Assembly: GCA_964363345.1 (NCBI GenBank)
Contig: CAYIHY010000002.1
Span: 761-64,760, forward strand
Direction: 5' to 3'
DNA length: 64,000 nt
Source of the DNA: Candidatus Woesearchaeota archaeon
GTDB taxonomy: Archaea > Nanobdellota > Nanobdellia > Pacearchaeales > GW2011-AR1
Both the position numbers and the translations under genes were made by a program. The notes under the pieces are model-generated. The model worked only from the letters and a program-made list of their open reading frames with translations. It did no database searches and was not told where the DNA came from. Below are positions 1 to 8,254 of this stretch, piece by piece (position 1 is the first letter of the stretch; the number at the start of each line of letters is the position of its first letter).

Positions 1-322
1 TAGAACCGATTACCTTCCCAATATCGTTTCTTACTGCTATTGCCATAGTTCTTTGACTAAACTGATTATTAAATCCAGATAAGTCTACTGAGCTAGGGAT
101 AGCAGATCCATAAAATTTTCCGGGATGAGTATGTAGATGTAAATAATTTCCCCCTCCTCTACTAATTGTTTCATTTATTTTTTCTAAATTAGACTTCGCC
201 CCAGTTAGAGTAGAATTTTTGGTATTGGGTATTAGTTCTTCTCTTGTGAATTTAGTATAACTATGTTCAACTTCAGGAGATTCAGATTCAATTATTTCTC
301 TATTTGATTTTCTTTTTTTCAT
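1..322 (-). CDS. JAB/MPN-like (JAMM-type) domain protein, N-terminal part only; the gene runs off the left edge of the window
   Basis: Absent from the ORF track because it is truncated. Minus-strand ATG at 322..320 overlaps the enolase stop (ATGA). Hand translation: MKKRKSNREIIESESPEVEHSYTKFTREELIPNTKNSTLTGAKSNLEKINETISRGGGNYLHLHTHPGKFYGSAIPSSVDLSGFNNQFSQRTMAIAVRNDIGKVIGS. The HLHTHP...PSSVD block resembles the H-x-H-P...P-S-x-x-D JAMM zinc site, with a longer spacer than canonical. Confidence 0.45.
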   Translation of the reverse strand, partial: MKKRKSNREIIESESPEVEHSYTKFTREELIPNTKNSTLTGAKSNLEKINETISRGGGNYLHLHTHPGKFYGSAIPSSVDLSGFNNQFSQRTMAIAVRNDIGKVIGS

Positions 323-1473
323 TTTGTCTTTTTTTCTATTTCTATTAATCTATTTATTTTCGAAATTCTTTCTTTTCCGGTTATTCCACATTTTAAAAAA
401 TCAGCCTGAAATCCAAAAGCCAAGTCAGCAAGAATTGATTCTTCTGTTTCTCCGCTTCTATGCGAGAAAACAATTTTAATATTATTTTTTTTCGCAAGTT
501 CGCAGACCGCTTTCACTTCAACAAGAGAACCGATTTGATTGGGTTTTACAATTATTGCATTTATACTTTTCATCTTGATTGCTTTCTCCAATCTTTTCAA
601 ATTTGTCGTGGTCAAATCATCTCCAACAATTAATCTGTCGGGAAATTTTTTCAGCAATCTGGCAAAACTCTCAAAATCATTTTCATCGAACGGGTCTTCA
701 ATGTAGTAAAGATTAAAATTTTTTATAAGATTGCTTAAATATTCAAACTGCTCTTCAACACTTCTCTTGAATTTTGGATTTTGATAATCATAACTTTTTC
801 TTTTGTAAAAACCTGAACTTGCAGCGTCAATTCCAACAGGAACTTTCATATTTTTTAAAATATCTAAAACTTCTTTGTCAGTCAAGGAAGTCATCCACGC
901 GTCCTCGTCATTTCTCTGCCCGTTAAATTTTCTGTCTTCTTTTTCCAAAATTATTTCAACTTCTTTTTTTATCTTTTTGCTAAGTTCAAAAGATTTTTCT
1001 ACAGTTTTTTCATTCGGGATTAATTCAAATTCCTGAAAATCTGGTTTCCTTTCTCCTGCAGAATGTTTTCCCCCGCCGATGCAGTTGCCGACAAGTCGCG
1101 GAAATTTTTTCCCGCTTGTATTGATTAGCTCCCAGACTTCTTTTTTGTTTTCGCTCGCCAGAGCTTTCAAAATTGCAGATTCCAATGCGAAGACAGAATT
1201 AGCGCCGATTTGCTTGTCAGCGATGTCTTCAATCTTTCTCAAATCATCAAATTTTTCAATAATCTCGTCGGAAAAATAGTCCGCAAGCTGTTTTATTGTC
1301 TTGATATCTCCTTCAAGATTTTTATTGTAAGATTTAGCTTCATATTTCCCTGTTGATTTCCCGTTCGGAGCAGAAGCAGAAAATTCCCCCGCATTTGTTT
1401 TGATTGAAACAAGAATTGTTTTTTCCTTTCGGGAATCTAAAATTGCTTTTGCAGAAACCTCTCTTATTTTCAT
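319..1473 (-). CDS. eno: Enolase (phosphopyruvate hydratase), short form
   Basis: 384-aa ORF with enolase signature blocks IVKPNQIGSL, SHRSGETEE and VGDDLTTTN, and N-terminal MKIREVSAKAILDSR. Shorter than typical ~430-aa enolases. Confidence 0.9.
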   Translation of the reverse strand: MKIREVSAKAILDSRKEKTILVSIKTNAGEFSASAPNGKSTGKYEAKSYNKNLEGDIKTIKQLADYFSDEIIEKFDDLRKIEDIADKQIGANSVFALESAILKALASENKKEVWELINTSGKKFPRLVGNCIGGGKHSAGERKPDFQEFELIPNEKTVEKSFELSKKIKKEVEIILEKEDRKFNGQRNDEDAWMTSLTDKEVLDILKNMKVPVGIDAASSGFYKRKSYDYQNPKFKRSVEEQFEYLSNLIKNFNLYYIEDPFDENDFESFARLLKKFPDRLIVGDDLTTTNLKRLEKAIKMKSINAIIVKPNQIGSLVEVKAVCELAKKNNIKIVFSHRSGETEESILADLAFGFQADFLKCGITGKERISKINRLIEIEKKTK

Positions 1474-1538
1474 TTTAATGAAAATCTCCCGTTTTCGTAA
1501 TTTTCATATATAAGAAAATGAATTAAGATTAATAAATG

Positions 1539-2027
1539 TTAAGAAAAGGAAATTATTAGATTGGAATTATTCCCCTTGTTATATTCCCCACAATTAAAAC
1601 AATATCCAATTGGGTCAGGATGTTTTATATCTAACCTAATAAATATTCCCTTATTTTCTTTTACTTGAGTATAATTTACATGATAAATATAAGCATTATT
1701 CCCCTGGCATACATCACAAATGCACTCATTACCTTTTTTGGGAGTAGTTAACCAAACTTCAGTTATAGAAGGGTCTTCCATAAACTTTTCAATAAGATTT
1801 TTTTTAACAAATTCAAATCTTTCTTGTATTCTCTTCTTCCTATCTTTTTCTGAGACAGAATTAGCTCTTTGTAATAATTCATATCTTCTTAATGAAACTT
1901 CGATTTTTTTTGGGTCTAAACCAAAATATCCACTTGCAACTAAGGATTTACAAGTTTCTCTAACATCTGCTTCTGTCTTTCCATCTTTCAGAATCTTGGT
2001 AACTAATTCTTCTTCTAGTGACATCAC
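1539..2027 (-). CDS. Hypothetical protein with a C-terminal cysteine cluster (putative zinc-binding)
   Basis: 162-aa ORF co-oriented with its neighbours. CICDVCQG ... CFNCGEY gives a CxCxxC...CxxC pattern. No family recognised. Confidence 0.5.
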   Translation of the reverse strand: MMSLEEELVTKILKDGKTEADVRETCKSLVASGYFGLDPKKIEVSLRRYELLQRANSVSEKDRKKRIQERFEFVKKNLIEKFMEDPSITEVWLTTPKKGNECICDVCQGNNAYIYHVNYTQVKENKGIFIRLDIKHPDPIGYCFNCGEYNKGNNSNLIISFS

Positions 2028-2083
2028 TTAATAGTTACAGCGTATTTTAAAAACGTTTCTATTAAGAAAAATAATAAATTGGG

Positions 2084-2230
2084 TTAGGTTTCACAAAGCT
2101 TGTTTAATTCTTGCAAACTCATTTTTCTTTTCCCATTCTTCTCAAAATGATTATCTGAAATAGAAATTATTTTTTTGATATAATCTGTTTCTCGTTTAAT
2201 TTTTGGCACATCAAGTAATTTACTACTCAT
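2084..2230 (-). CDS. Possible small protein (48 aa)
   Basis: Below the ORF-track cutoff. Hand translation: MSSKLLDVPKIKRETDYIKKIISISDNHFEKNGKRKMSLQELNKLCET. Its ATG lies 8 nt downstream of the rpoK stop, on the same strand. No motif recognised. Confidence 0.25.
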   Translation of the reverse strand: MSSKLLDVPKIKRETDYIKKIISISDNHFEKNGKRKMSLQELNKLCET

Positions 2231-2238
2231 TTTAAGAA

Positions 2239-2610
2239 TCACTCGCTTTCACTTTCGCTAACATCTTCTTCATTAGCTTCGTCATCAGGAGTTGCAAGTT
2301 CCATTATCTCTCCGCCCTCGGCGATTTCTGATTCTTCTGTTGCTTCTTTTTCCTGAACATTCTGATCAGAAATTTTTCTTTCAACAACTCTTTTCAATCT
2401 TTCATCTCTCTTTTCAGGGAAAGGTCTTTTTATTGAAATCGGAAGAATCTCAGAATTCAATTCAACTTCAGCGATTTTAAGAGCGTCATAATTTATTTTT
2501 TCCAAATCTTCTTTTTCTATTTTAATAAGCAAAGGAGCATTCATAGAAATCTGCAGAGCTCTTGCTCCAAGAATTCTTGCTCGTTCGTATTTTGTAAATT
2601 TATCTAACAT
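2239..2610 (-). CDS. rpoK: DNA-directed RNA polymerase subunit K (Rpo6/omega family) with an acidic C-terminal tail
   Basis: The N-terminal ~60 aa ([26 protein letters not shown]...ALKIAEVEL) match the Rpo6/RpoK core. The extra C-terminal part is acidic ([15 protein letters not shown]). Confidence 0.85.
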   Translation of the reverse strand: MLDKFTKYERARILGARALQISMNAPLLIKIEKEDLEKINYDALKIAEVELNSEILPISIKRPFPEKRDERLKRVVERKISDQNVQEKEATEESEIAEGGEIMELATPDDEANEEDVSESESE

Positions 2611-2645
2611 TTAATCCTCTTCATCTCCGTCGAATGTTGTTAATC

Positions 2646-3440
2646 TCATTTTATTTTCTCCAATTGTTTAGCGATTTCACTCTCTGTCTTCTCAACTAAG
2701 TCGAGAACTTTATTAAACTCTTCTATTGTCAGCTCTTTCGAATTTCCTTTCTGCATTGAATGAACTGTTCCATTTGAACTGCAGATTGTGACTCTTGTTT
2801 CGCTGATATCTTCTTCTTCTTTTGTCGGGTCGACTATTAAATTATTTCCTATTTTGTGAATAGTAAGAGAAACCGGAATTTCTTTTTCTAATGAAATCTT
2901 TTTATCAGTCCATTCGCCGAATTTTGTTTTTCCTGTCTCTTTATTGAACCCTGGAATTTTTGCATTTTTCAAAGCAGCAACTGCGCCGATTCCAGCAGCG
3001 TCCATTAGGTTTCCGTCGTCGTTTATAGTGTAAATGTCAATCATTACAGTCCAGACTTTTTTACCTTCCTCAATGCACAATTTTTTCAAATCAATATAAT
3101 GACTTTCTCTGATTCCTCTGTCAATAACTCTTGCCAATTCCAAAGAATCAAATGGCTGAGGCCCTAAATCTAATCTTGGAGAACTCATTGTCAAAAATTC
3201 TGCAGTAACCATTAAATTTCCTTGGTCTCTTGAATCTGCATAAGGTTCTGAAACATCCATCTTAATTCCAACGATAACTTCTGTTTTTCCCAATCTGACT
3301 CTCGCGCTCCCCTCAGCATTTTTTGAAACTCCTGTTTCGATTGTTAAATTTCTGAACTCATCAAGTTTTCTTCCGTCGAATCTTTTTCCTTGATTCATAT
3401 ATTCCTCAATTCTTTCTGCGGTTAAGTTTGGGGTTATCAT
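2646..3440 (-). CDS. rrp42: Exosome complex component Rrp42 (RNase PH-like, non-catalytic)
   Basis: 264 aa. Contains GKRFDGRKLDEFRNLTIETGVSKNAEGSARVRLGKTEVIVGIKMDV, typical of archaeal Rrp42. Sits in the Rrp4-Rrp41-Rrp42 gene order. Confidence 0.85.
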   Translation of the reverse strand: MITPNLTAERIEEYMNQGKRFDGRKLDEFRNLTIETGVSKNAEGSARVRLGKTEVIVGIKMDVSEPYADSRDQGNLMVTAEFLTMSSPRLDLGPQPFDSLELARVIDRGIRESHYIDLKKLCIEEGKKVWTVMIDIYTINDDGNLMDAAGIGAVAALKNAKIPGFNKETGKTKFGEWTDKKISLEKEIPVSLTIHKIGNNLIVDPTKEEEDISETRVTICSSNGTVHSMQKGNSKELTIEEFNKVLDLVEKTESEIAKQLEKIK

Positions 3441-3631
3441 TTTTTACTCCGTTCTAATTTTGTTTCTAATCCAAAAGTTTTAGTAGAACAATCTTCGCAT
3501 AATTGTCCAGCTCCTTCTACATAGTCATATCTTGCATCAATCGGAGTATTTATTGGATATCTTGTTTGTTTTCCACAACTAACACATAAATCATATCCAT
3601 TCTTGCTATTTGTTCCAGTTATCATTTCCAT
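3437..3631 (-). CDS. Small zinc-ribbon protein (64 aa) inserted between rrp41 and rrp42
   Basis: CVSCGKQ...(24 aa)...CEDC gives a CxxC...CxxC pattern. Its stop overlaps the rrp42 start (ATGA at 3437..3440). Its start lies 1 nt after the rrp41 stop. Confidence 0.55.
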   Translation of the reverse strand: MEMITGTNSKNGYDLCVSCGKQTRYPINTPIDARYDYVEGAGQLCEDCSTKTFGLETKLERSKK

Positions 3632-3632
3632 T

Positions 3633-4334
3633 TTATTTTTCTTCTCCTATTTCCTTTAAAGCTTTTTCTTGAGCATCATGAATTTCTTTGTAAGCTCCTT
3701 TTGCAAGTTCAATAGCTTCTCTTAGTTGTTTAGTTGAAATTTTTCCATCTAACTGAATATGGCTGATTTTTCCGTCGCCAGTTAATGTTATTGGAATGTC
3801 TGTTGGTCCTTCTCCTTCTTCCCAGTCTTCTTCTGCTTTAATCAAATCAGTCACTAATTGCTTGTCTAATTTTCCGATTGAAACGCTCGATACTAAACTC
3901 TTCATTGGAATTCCTGCCTGAGCCAAAGCCATTGCAGCAGCGTTGATTCCTGCGCATCTTGTCGACGCGTTTGCCTGAAGAACATTAATATGAACATCAA
4001 CAACTTGTCCTGCAAATTCATCAATCATTACGACAGGTTGCAAAGCCCATTCTGTTATTTTAGAAATTTCCTGACTTCTTCTCGACGGCCCAGGTCTAAT
4101 TCTTTCTGTAACTGAAAAGCTCATCATATTGTAAGTGCATCTCAATGTTCCTCTTTCTGGATTTTGTGAATGTTGTGGATGCATTTTTTTAGGTCCGTAA
4201 ACTGCAGCGATTGCAATTGTGTCTCCGAATCCAAACATCGCGCTTCCATCAGCATTTGGAACAACTCCGATTTTTGCAGTGATTTTTCTAAGTTCGTTTA
4301 CTTTTCTTCCGTCTGGTCTTTTGAATTCTGTCAT
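3633..4334 (-). CDS. rrp41: Exosome complex exonuclease Rrp41 (RNase PH-like, catalytic subunit)
   Basis: 233 aa. Contains RPDGRKVNELRKITAKIGVVPNADGSAMFGFGDTIAIAAVYGPKKMHPQH and RPGPSRRSQEISK, typical of Rrp41. Confidence 0.9.
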   Translation of the reverse strand: MTEFKRPDGRKVNELRKITAKIGVVPNADGSAMFGFGDTIAIAAVYGPKKMHPQHSQNPERGTLRCTYNMMSFSVTERIRPGPSRRSQEISKITEWALQPVVMIDEFAGQVVDVHINVLQANASTRCAGINAAAMALAQAGIPMKSLVSSVSIGKLDKQLVTDLIKAEEDWEEGEGPTDIPITLTGDGKISHIQLDGKISTKQLREAIELAKGAYKEIHDAQEKALKEIGEEK

Positions 4335-5005
4335 TTTTTATTCTCCTTGTTTTCTTCAAACCAAACTTTCATTTCGTCTGTTAATCCTGACATTGTCGAA
4401 TTTTCAGCGACGTGGAAAATTGCTTTTTTTGCAAATAATTCATCTTCAACTTTGCTTCCGCCAATCCAGATTAATCCGTTTTGTCCGACAGTGATTCTGC
4501 ATTTTGATTCGTCTTTTATCAGCGAAATCATGCTTCCTTCTTTGCCGATAACTCTCGGAACTTTGTTTGGATTTACATTTATAATTATTCCTTTTTCTAA
4601 TCTTCCTAATTCTTTCATTGCAATTGTCAAATCAATTCCTCTTCCGCCGATAGAATAAATTTTCGCAGCAACCATGTCGCCGATATCAAGCACAGATCTT
4701 AAATCATCTTTGTTGACATATCTTGGAACTTCCATAATTGATAAGAAAGCATTTTCAGCAGTGTTGATGTCAATGAGCCATCCATTTCCAAGAACATTAT
4801 CAACTTTCCCGATAACAACATTCCCTCTTCGTGGAAGATAAACTCCAGACAAAGGAATTACTTTAACAAGTTTTTTTGTTTCTTCTGCTAATCCATATCT
4901 CACCGCGACGATTTCATCTCCGTGTTTTTCTGTTCCTTCACCAGGCAAAAAATCTTCGCCTTTGAATATAACTTCTCCAGGTATTACAATTTGTCTTTCT
5001 GTCAT
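4331..5005 (-). CDS. rrp4: Exosome complex RNA-binding protein Rrp4 (S1 + KH domains)
   Basis: The ORF-track frame is 4331..5041. I prefer the internal Met (MTERQIVIPGE) at 5005, which removes the 35-nt overlap with the upstream ORF (stop at 5007). S1-like GDMVAAKIYS and KH-like VPRVIGKEGSMISLIK are present. Confidence 0.85.
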   Translation of the reverse strand: MTERQIVIPGEVIFKGEDFLPGEGTEKHGDEIVAVRYGLAEETKKLVKVIPLSGVYLPRRGNVVIGKVDNVLGNGWLIDINTAENAFLSIMEVPRYVNKDDLRSVLDIGDMVAAKIYSIGGRGIDLTIAMKELGRLEKGIIINVNPNKVPRVIGKEGSMISLIKDESKCRITVGQNGLIWIGGSKVEDELFAKKAIFHVAENSTMSGLTDEMKVWFEENKENKK

Positions 5006-5006
5006 T

Positions 5007-5312
5007 TTAACACATACCATCCTCTTCTGTTTTTCCCTCAAGCCCTTTTAATTTTTCTGAATTATCAAATAGTTCATTAATTTTTTTACAAAGCAATAGC
5101 ACATTAGAATATTTTGATTCTACATAATTATACATTCCCATTAATTCTGCATGAGATAAATAAAGTTTTATTTCAGGATGTTCTACAAAAAAAGAAAATG
5201 CTTCATCATATTTTTTTTCATTTATTAAAGGGCGAACTTCATCGTTGTAAACTCTTCTTAATTCGTGTTCTCTTAATGTTTCATTATCTCTTACTTGTGT
5301 ATCCATTTCCAT
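5007..5312 (-). CDS. Hypothetical protein (101 aa) between the SBDS gene and rrp4
   Basis: ORF only, helical-looking, no motif recognised. Co-oriented with and adjacent to the operon genes. Confidence 0.4.
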   Translation of the reverse strand: MEMDTQVRDNETLREHELRRVYNDEVRPLINEKKYDEAFSFFVEHPEIKLYLSHAELMGMYNYVESKYSNVLLLCKKINELFDNSEKLKGLEGKTEEDGMC

Positions 5313-5368
5313 TTTATTCCTTTAATTTAAAACTCCCGTTTTATATTCCATGAATGAAATTTCCTGTT

Positions 5369-6040
5369 TCATTCTTTTATCTCCTCGGTAACTGTAGCTC
5401 CGTGTGTTGCTGAATTAAGTTTGTCATAAAAGTCCATAATCATTCCTGCTGGAACGCTCACGACGACTTCCAAGCTCCCGTCATTCATCCAGTTCTCGGT
5501 CTCTTTATACAAATTTATCAGGTTATAAACTTTTCCAGTGTAAATTGCGGGTATTGTAACCTTGATTTTCTTGACTTCAACTCTTATAGGAAGTATCTTG
5601 CTAAGCTGTTCCATAATCTCTTTTATCTGGCTGTCTATCGGAGTATTCTTAATATTTACACGTGCTTCATTTAATGCAGATTCTATTCTCTGCGGAGTGT
5701 GGGGATTTCCTGTCTGCGGGTTAATTGTATTTCTAGACAAAAAATCAACAACTTGTTTTATCTTGTTTTCTCTTTCCTCATCTCTATAATCCTGCGTAAC
5801 CAAAACTTCGCCGTCCTTGACGATTTTTTTCGCAATTTCCCAAGGGTCAGAAGTTCCAAAAGCATCTTCCAAATCTCTTACAGAAGCAACGTCGCCTTTT
5901 TTTATGTCCTTGTAAACTCTCCCATCTTCCGATTCAATAGAAGCAATTTGCCCTTTCTTGAACTTTAAAGCGTCTTCCATTTCTACAAATATCTCGAACG
6001 GTTCGCCTTTTTGTTTTATTCTTGCAGTTGTGCGTGTCAT
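5369..6040 (-). CDS. sdo1: Ribosome maturation protein SBDS/Sdo1 homologue
   Basis: 223 aa. ARIKQKGEPFEIFVEMEDALKFKKG matches the N-terminal FYSH domain. Occupies the conserved position next to psmA in the archaeal exosome superoperon. Confidence 0.85.
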   Translation of the reverse strand: MTRTTARIKQKGEPFEIFVEMEDALKFKKGQIASIESEDGRVYKDIKKGDVASVRDLEDAFGTSDPWEIAKKIVKDGEVLVTQDYRDEERENKIKQVVDFLSRNTINPQTGNPHTPQRIESALNEARVNIKNTPIDSQIKEIMEQLSKILPIRVEVKKIKVTIPAIYTGKVYNLINLYKETENWMNDGSLEVVVSVPAGMIMDFYDKLNSATHGATVTEEIKE

Positions 6041-6041
6041 T

Positions 6042-6296
6042 TTAATTTAATTCTTTTCCATATTCGTAAATTCTACCAACAGAATTACTGGTTATCTCCC
6101 CCGAAGAATTTAATTCATAAACAATTTTTGGAAATTTTTTATTATCTTTATCTCTTGTTCTTTGAACATATAACTCTCTAAATAAAAGACTAACTTCTAG
6201 AACTTTTTCTTCTCTACAACAGGGAAATAATAAAACATCACCTTCAGAAAGCGCTTCCAATTTTTTCCCTTTTGCATCAATAAATATGTTTTTCAT
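6042..6296 (-). CDS. Hypothetical protein (84 aa) between psmA and the SBDS gene
   Basis: ORF only. Its start overlaps the psmA stop (6293..6296), and its stop lies 1 nt before the SBDS start. Confidence 0.4.
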   Translation of the reverse strand: MKNIFIDAKGKKLEALSEGDVLLFPCCREEKVLEVSLLFRELYVQRTRDKDNKKFPKIVYELNSSGEITSNSVGRIYEYGKELN

Positions 6297-7075
6297 TTTA
6301 TAAATTTAGATAATTCGTCGCCATATAATCTTTTTAATTCGCTGCCTTCGTTTTTAATATAAACGAGTTCAAATCTTCCGACATTAAATTTCTTGTCTTC
6401 AAGTTCTTTGAAAATATCAAGTGCAGCTTTGACCCCTTTTTTTATTGTAAAATCTTTTTTGTAATTCTCTCTTAGCTTTTCCTTGATTTTGTCGTCGTTT
6501 TCGCCGATTGCAGTTGCATAATATTCTGTATAATTCCCTGTAACATCGCTTGAATAAAGTTCTGGCTTTTTGTTGTTAATTCCGCCAATCATTAAAGAAA
6601 CTCCGAAAGGTCTTGCCCCGCCATATTGTGAGAACTGCTGTTTTAAGTTAGCCAATTCTTTTACAATTAATTCTGGTTCAATTGGAGAATCATAAGTAAC
6701 TCTGCTTTGCTGAGCTAAAACCTGCGCTCTTTCAATAAGAACTCTTGCGTCAGATAAAATTCCCGCAACGCTCGCGATTACGTGAGAATCAACTTCATAA
6801 ATTTTGTTTGCCGATTTTGGAACAACTAATTTATCCTCAATTCTTAAATCTGCAAGAATGAAAACTCCGTCGCTGCAAACCATTCCGATGCTCGCGCTCC
6901 CGCGTCTGACCGCCTTTTCCGCATAACCAACCTGAAGCAAAAGTCCCTCTGGCGAGAACATAGTAGCAGTTCTGTCATAACCCATTGCTTGATTTTGTAT
7001 ATCTAAAGGCATGTCCATCTTAAGTTTGGAGAAATTTATAATTTTAACTAATTGGTTTTCTCCCAGCATTTTCAC
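6293..7075 (-). CDS. psmA: Proteasome subunit alpha
   Basis: GYDRTATMFSPEGLLLQVGYAEKAVRRGSASIGMV is the canonical alpha-subunit N-terminus. The true start may be one of the internal Mets (MDMPLD...), because the first ~30 aa are extra. Confidence 0.9.
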   Translation of the reverse strand: MKMLGENQLVKIINFSKLKMDMPLDIQNQAMGYDRTATMFSPEGLLLQVGYAEKAVRRGSASIGMVCSDGVFILADLRIEDKLVVPKSANKIYEVDSHVIASVAGILSDARVLIERAQVLAQQSRVTYDSPIEPELIVKELANLKQQFSQYGGARPFGVSLMIGGINNKKPELYSSDVTGNYTEYYATAIGENDDKIKEKLRENYKKDFTIKKGVKAALDIFKELEDKKFNVGRFELVYIKNEGSELKRLYGDELSKFIK

Positions 7076-7288
7076 GGAGAAAATGATGTAGAAAATAATT
7101 TATTATTTTCTCTGTAATTTTTACAAGAAGTGTGCGTTTTTAAATTTTATCCCTCTGTTAAGTGCATAATCAAACTTAACATCTTAACACTTTTTTTTAC
7201 CTTGACGATTTTTGGACAATTACTGCCTTTAGCCCTTAAAATACTCAGATTTGGAAACCTATACCTGTTTTCCAAATGTAAATTCATG

Positions 7289-7582
7289 TTAAGTTACAGG
7301 TTTACTTAACACCCTCAATCCTTTCAAAGTTCCTGACACCATTTTAACTTCCATTTTCTCAGGAAAAACACAAAGCGAAGCCCTTACAGAATCAACCATT
7401 TCCCTATTTACAGAAATAACTGCAGAATTTCTGTCTGATTTTATAAATTCAAGTCCAACTCTAGAAAATCCCAAGACCCCAATAAAATCCAAGATTGCTT
7501 TTTCAATATTTTTTCTCAAATCCCCACCTTCAACTAATAAATATCTTTTATTTTCCCGCATTGAAGGTTTAAGTGATTTCAT
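7289..7582 (-). CDS. rnp2: RNase P protein component 2 (Pop5 family)
   Basis: 97 aa. LKPSMRENKRYLLVEG...AILDFIGVLG...VNREMVDSVRASL resembles archaeal Pop5/Rnp2. Sits upstream of psmA, as in the conserved superoperon. Confidence 0.7.
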   Translation of the reverse strand: MKSLKPSMRENKRYLLVEGGDLRKNIEKAILDFIGVLGFSRVGLEFIKSDRNSAVISVNREMVDSVRASLCVFPEKMEVKMVSGTLKGLRVLSKPVT

Positions 7583-7660
7583 AATAATATCAATCCGATT
7601 TAGTATTTATAATATTCGGAGAAGAAAATTTATATACGAGATTAAAGTTCTATAATAATC
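7583..7660. promoter_or_regulatory. Divergent promoter region with two TATA-like boxes
   Basis: Minus-strand TTATAAATA (7612..7604) is centred ~26 nt upstream of the Pop5 ATG (7582). Plus-strand ATTTATATA (7628..7636) is centred ~29 nt upstream of the ATG at 7661. Both spacings fit archaeal TATA-to-start distances for leaderless or short-leader mRNAs. Confidence 0.3.
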
Positions 7661-8125
7661 ATGAACAAAAAAATAATTTTTCTTTTTCAATCCGTATTAT
7701 TGACTGGGATATTAATCTTAAGTACTATTTCTTCAAATCTTCAGAATGATAAATCTGAACTATTAATGAATGAAATAAAGAGAACTCAAGATTATAATAC
7801 AAATTTAGTAACTATTAATCACTTCTTTGCTAATGCCAATGTTTTTTATAATATTGAAAATCTCTCCAATTATAGCGATTGTGACCTTCCCAAATTTCAA
7901 AATTATAGCACTTGTATAGCTTTAAAATCCGTAGATATTATTGATAAAACTCAAAATATTACCAATGAGTTAAGATACTTTTATTTTAACAACAGTATTG
8001 TCCAAGAAATAACTATAAAATCTACAACTATTTTTTTGCTAAACATAGTTCAATATATTTTACTTGCAATCACAATAATCGGTCAAATTTATCTTTTTTT
8101 ATTTGTTTCAAATGAAAAGGACTAA
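7661..8125 (+). CDS. Hypothetical membrane protein (N- and C-terminal hydrophobic segments)
   Basis: 154 aa. Hydrophobic N-terminus IIFLFQSVLLTGILILSTI and C-terminus IFLLNIVQYILLAITIIGQIYLFLFV, with an Asn-rich middle. Confidence 0.5.
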   Translation: MNKKIIFLFQSVLLTGILILSTISSNLQNDKSELLMNEIKRTQDYNTNLVTINHFFANANVFYNIENLSNYSDCDLPKFQNYSTCIALKSVDIIDKTQNITNELRYFYFNNSIVQEITIKSTTIFLLNIVQYILLAITIIGQIYLFLFVSNEKD

Positions 8126-8254
8126 GCCTCCTTTTCTTTCTTAAAAGAATTTTTAAACTATTCTTCTTTATATAATTCATAAAAGAATGATAATCAGGCT
8201 TGACTACAAATTTAGTGGGAAATTGATGCACAAGAAACCGGAGGTGTCTTAGCG

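Noticed and set aside
4170-4658. Long antisense ORFs in the track (for example 1079..1279+, 1720..2031+, 4170..4658+, 12099..12425+, 18335..18733-, 37149..37520+, 40121..40504+, 53998..54399+, 59713..60114+, 62212..62466+)
   Set aside because: Each lies entirely opposite a gene with strong family motifs. Each translates to low-complexity F/L/S/I-rich sequence typical of the reverse strand of AT-rich coding DNA. None has motifs or a sensible start context.
5006-5041. N-terminal 12 aa extension of Rrp4 (MREKQKRMVCVK) overlapping the upstream 101-aa ORF
   Set aside because: The Met at 5005 (MTERQIVIPGE) lies 1 nt after the upstream stop and matches where Rrp4 homologues begin. The longer form is kept only as an alternative.
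7157-7198. Hairpin (gttaagt-N10-acttaac) followed by a T8 run, resembling a bacterial intrinsic terminator on the plus strand
   Set aside because: Both flanking genes are on the minus strand, so nothing is there to terminate on the plus strand. Archaeal termination needs only oligo-T. No C/D-box or other sRNA signature was found in 7076..7288.
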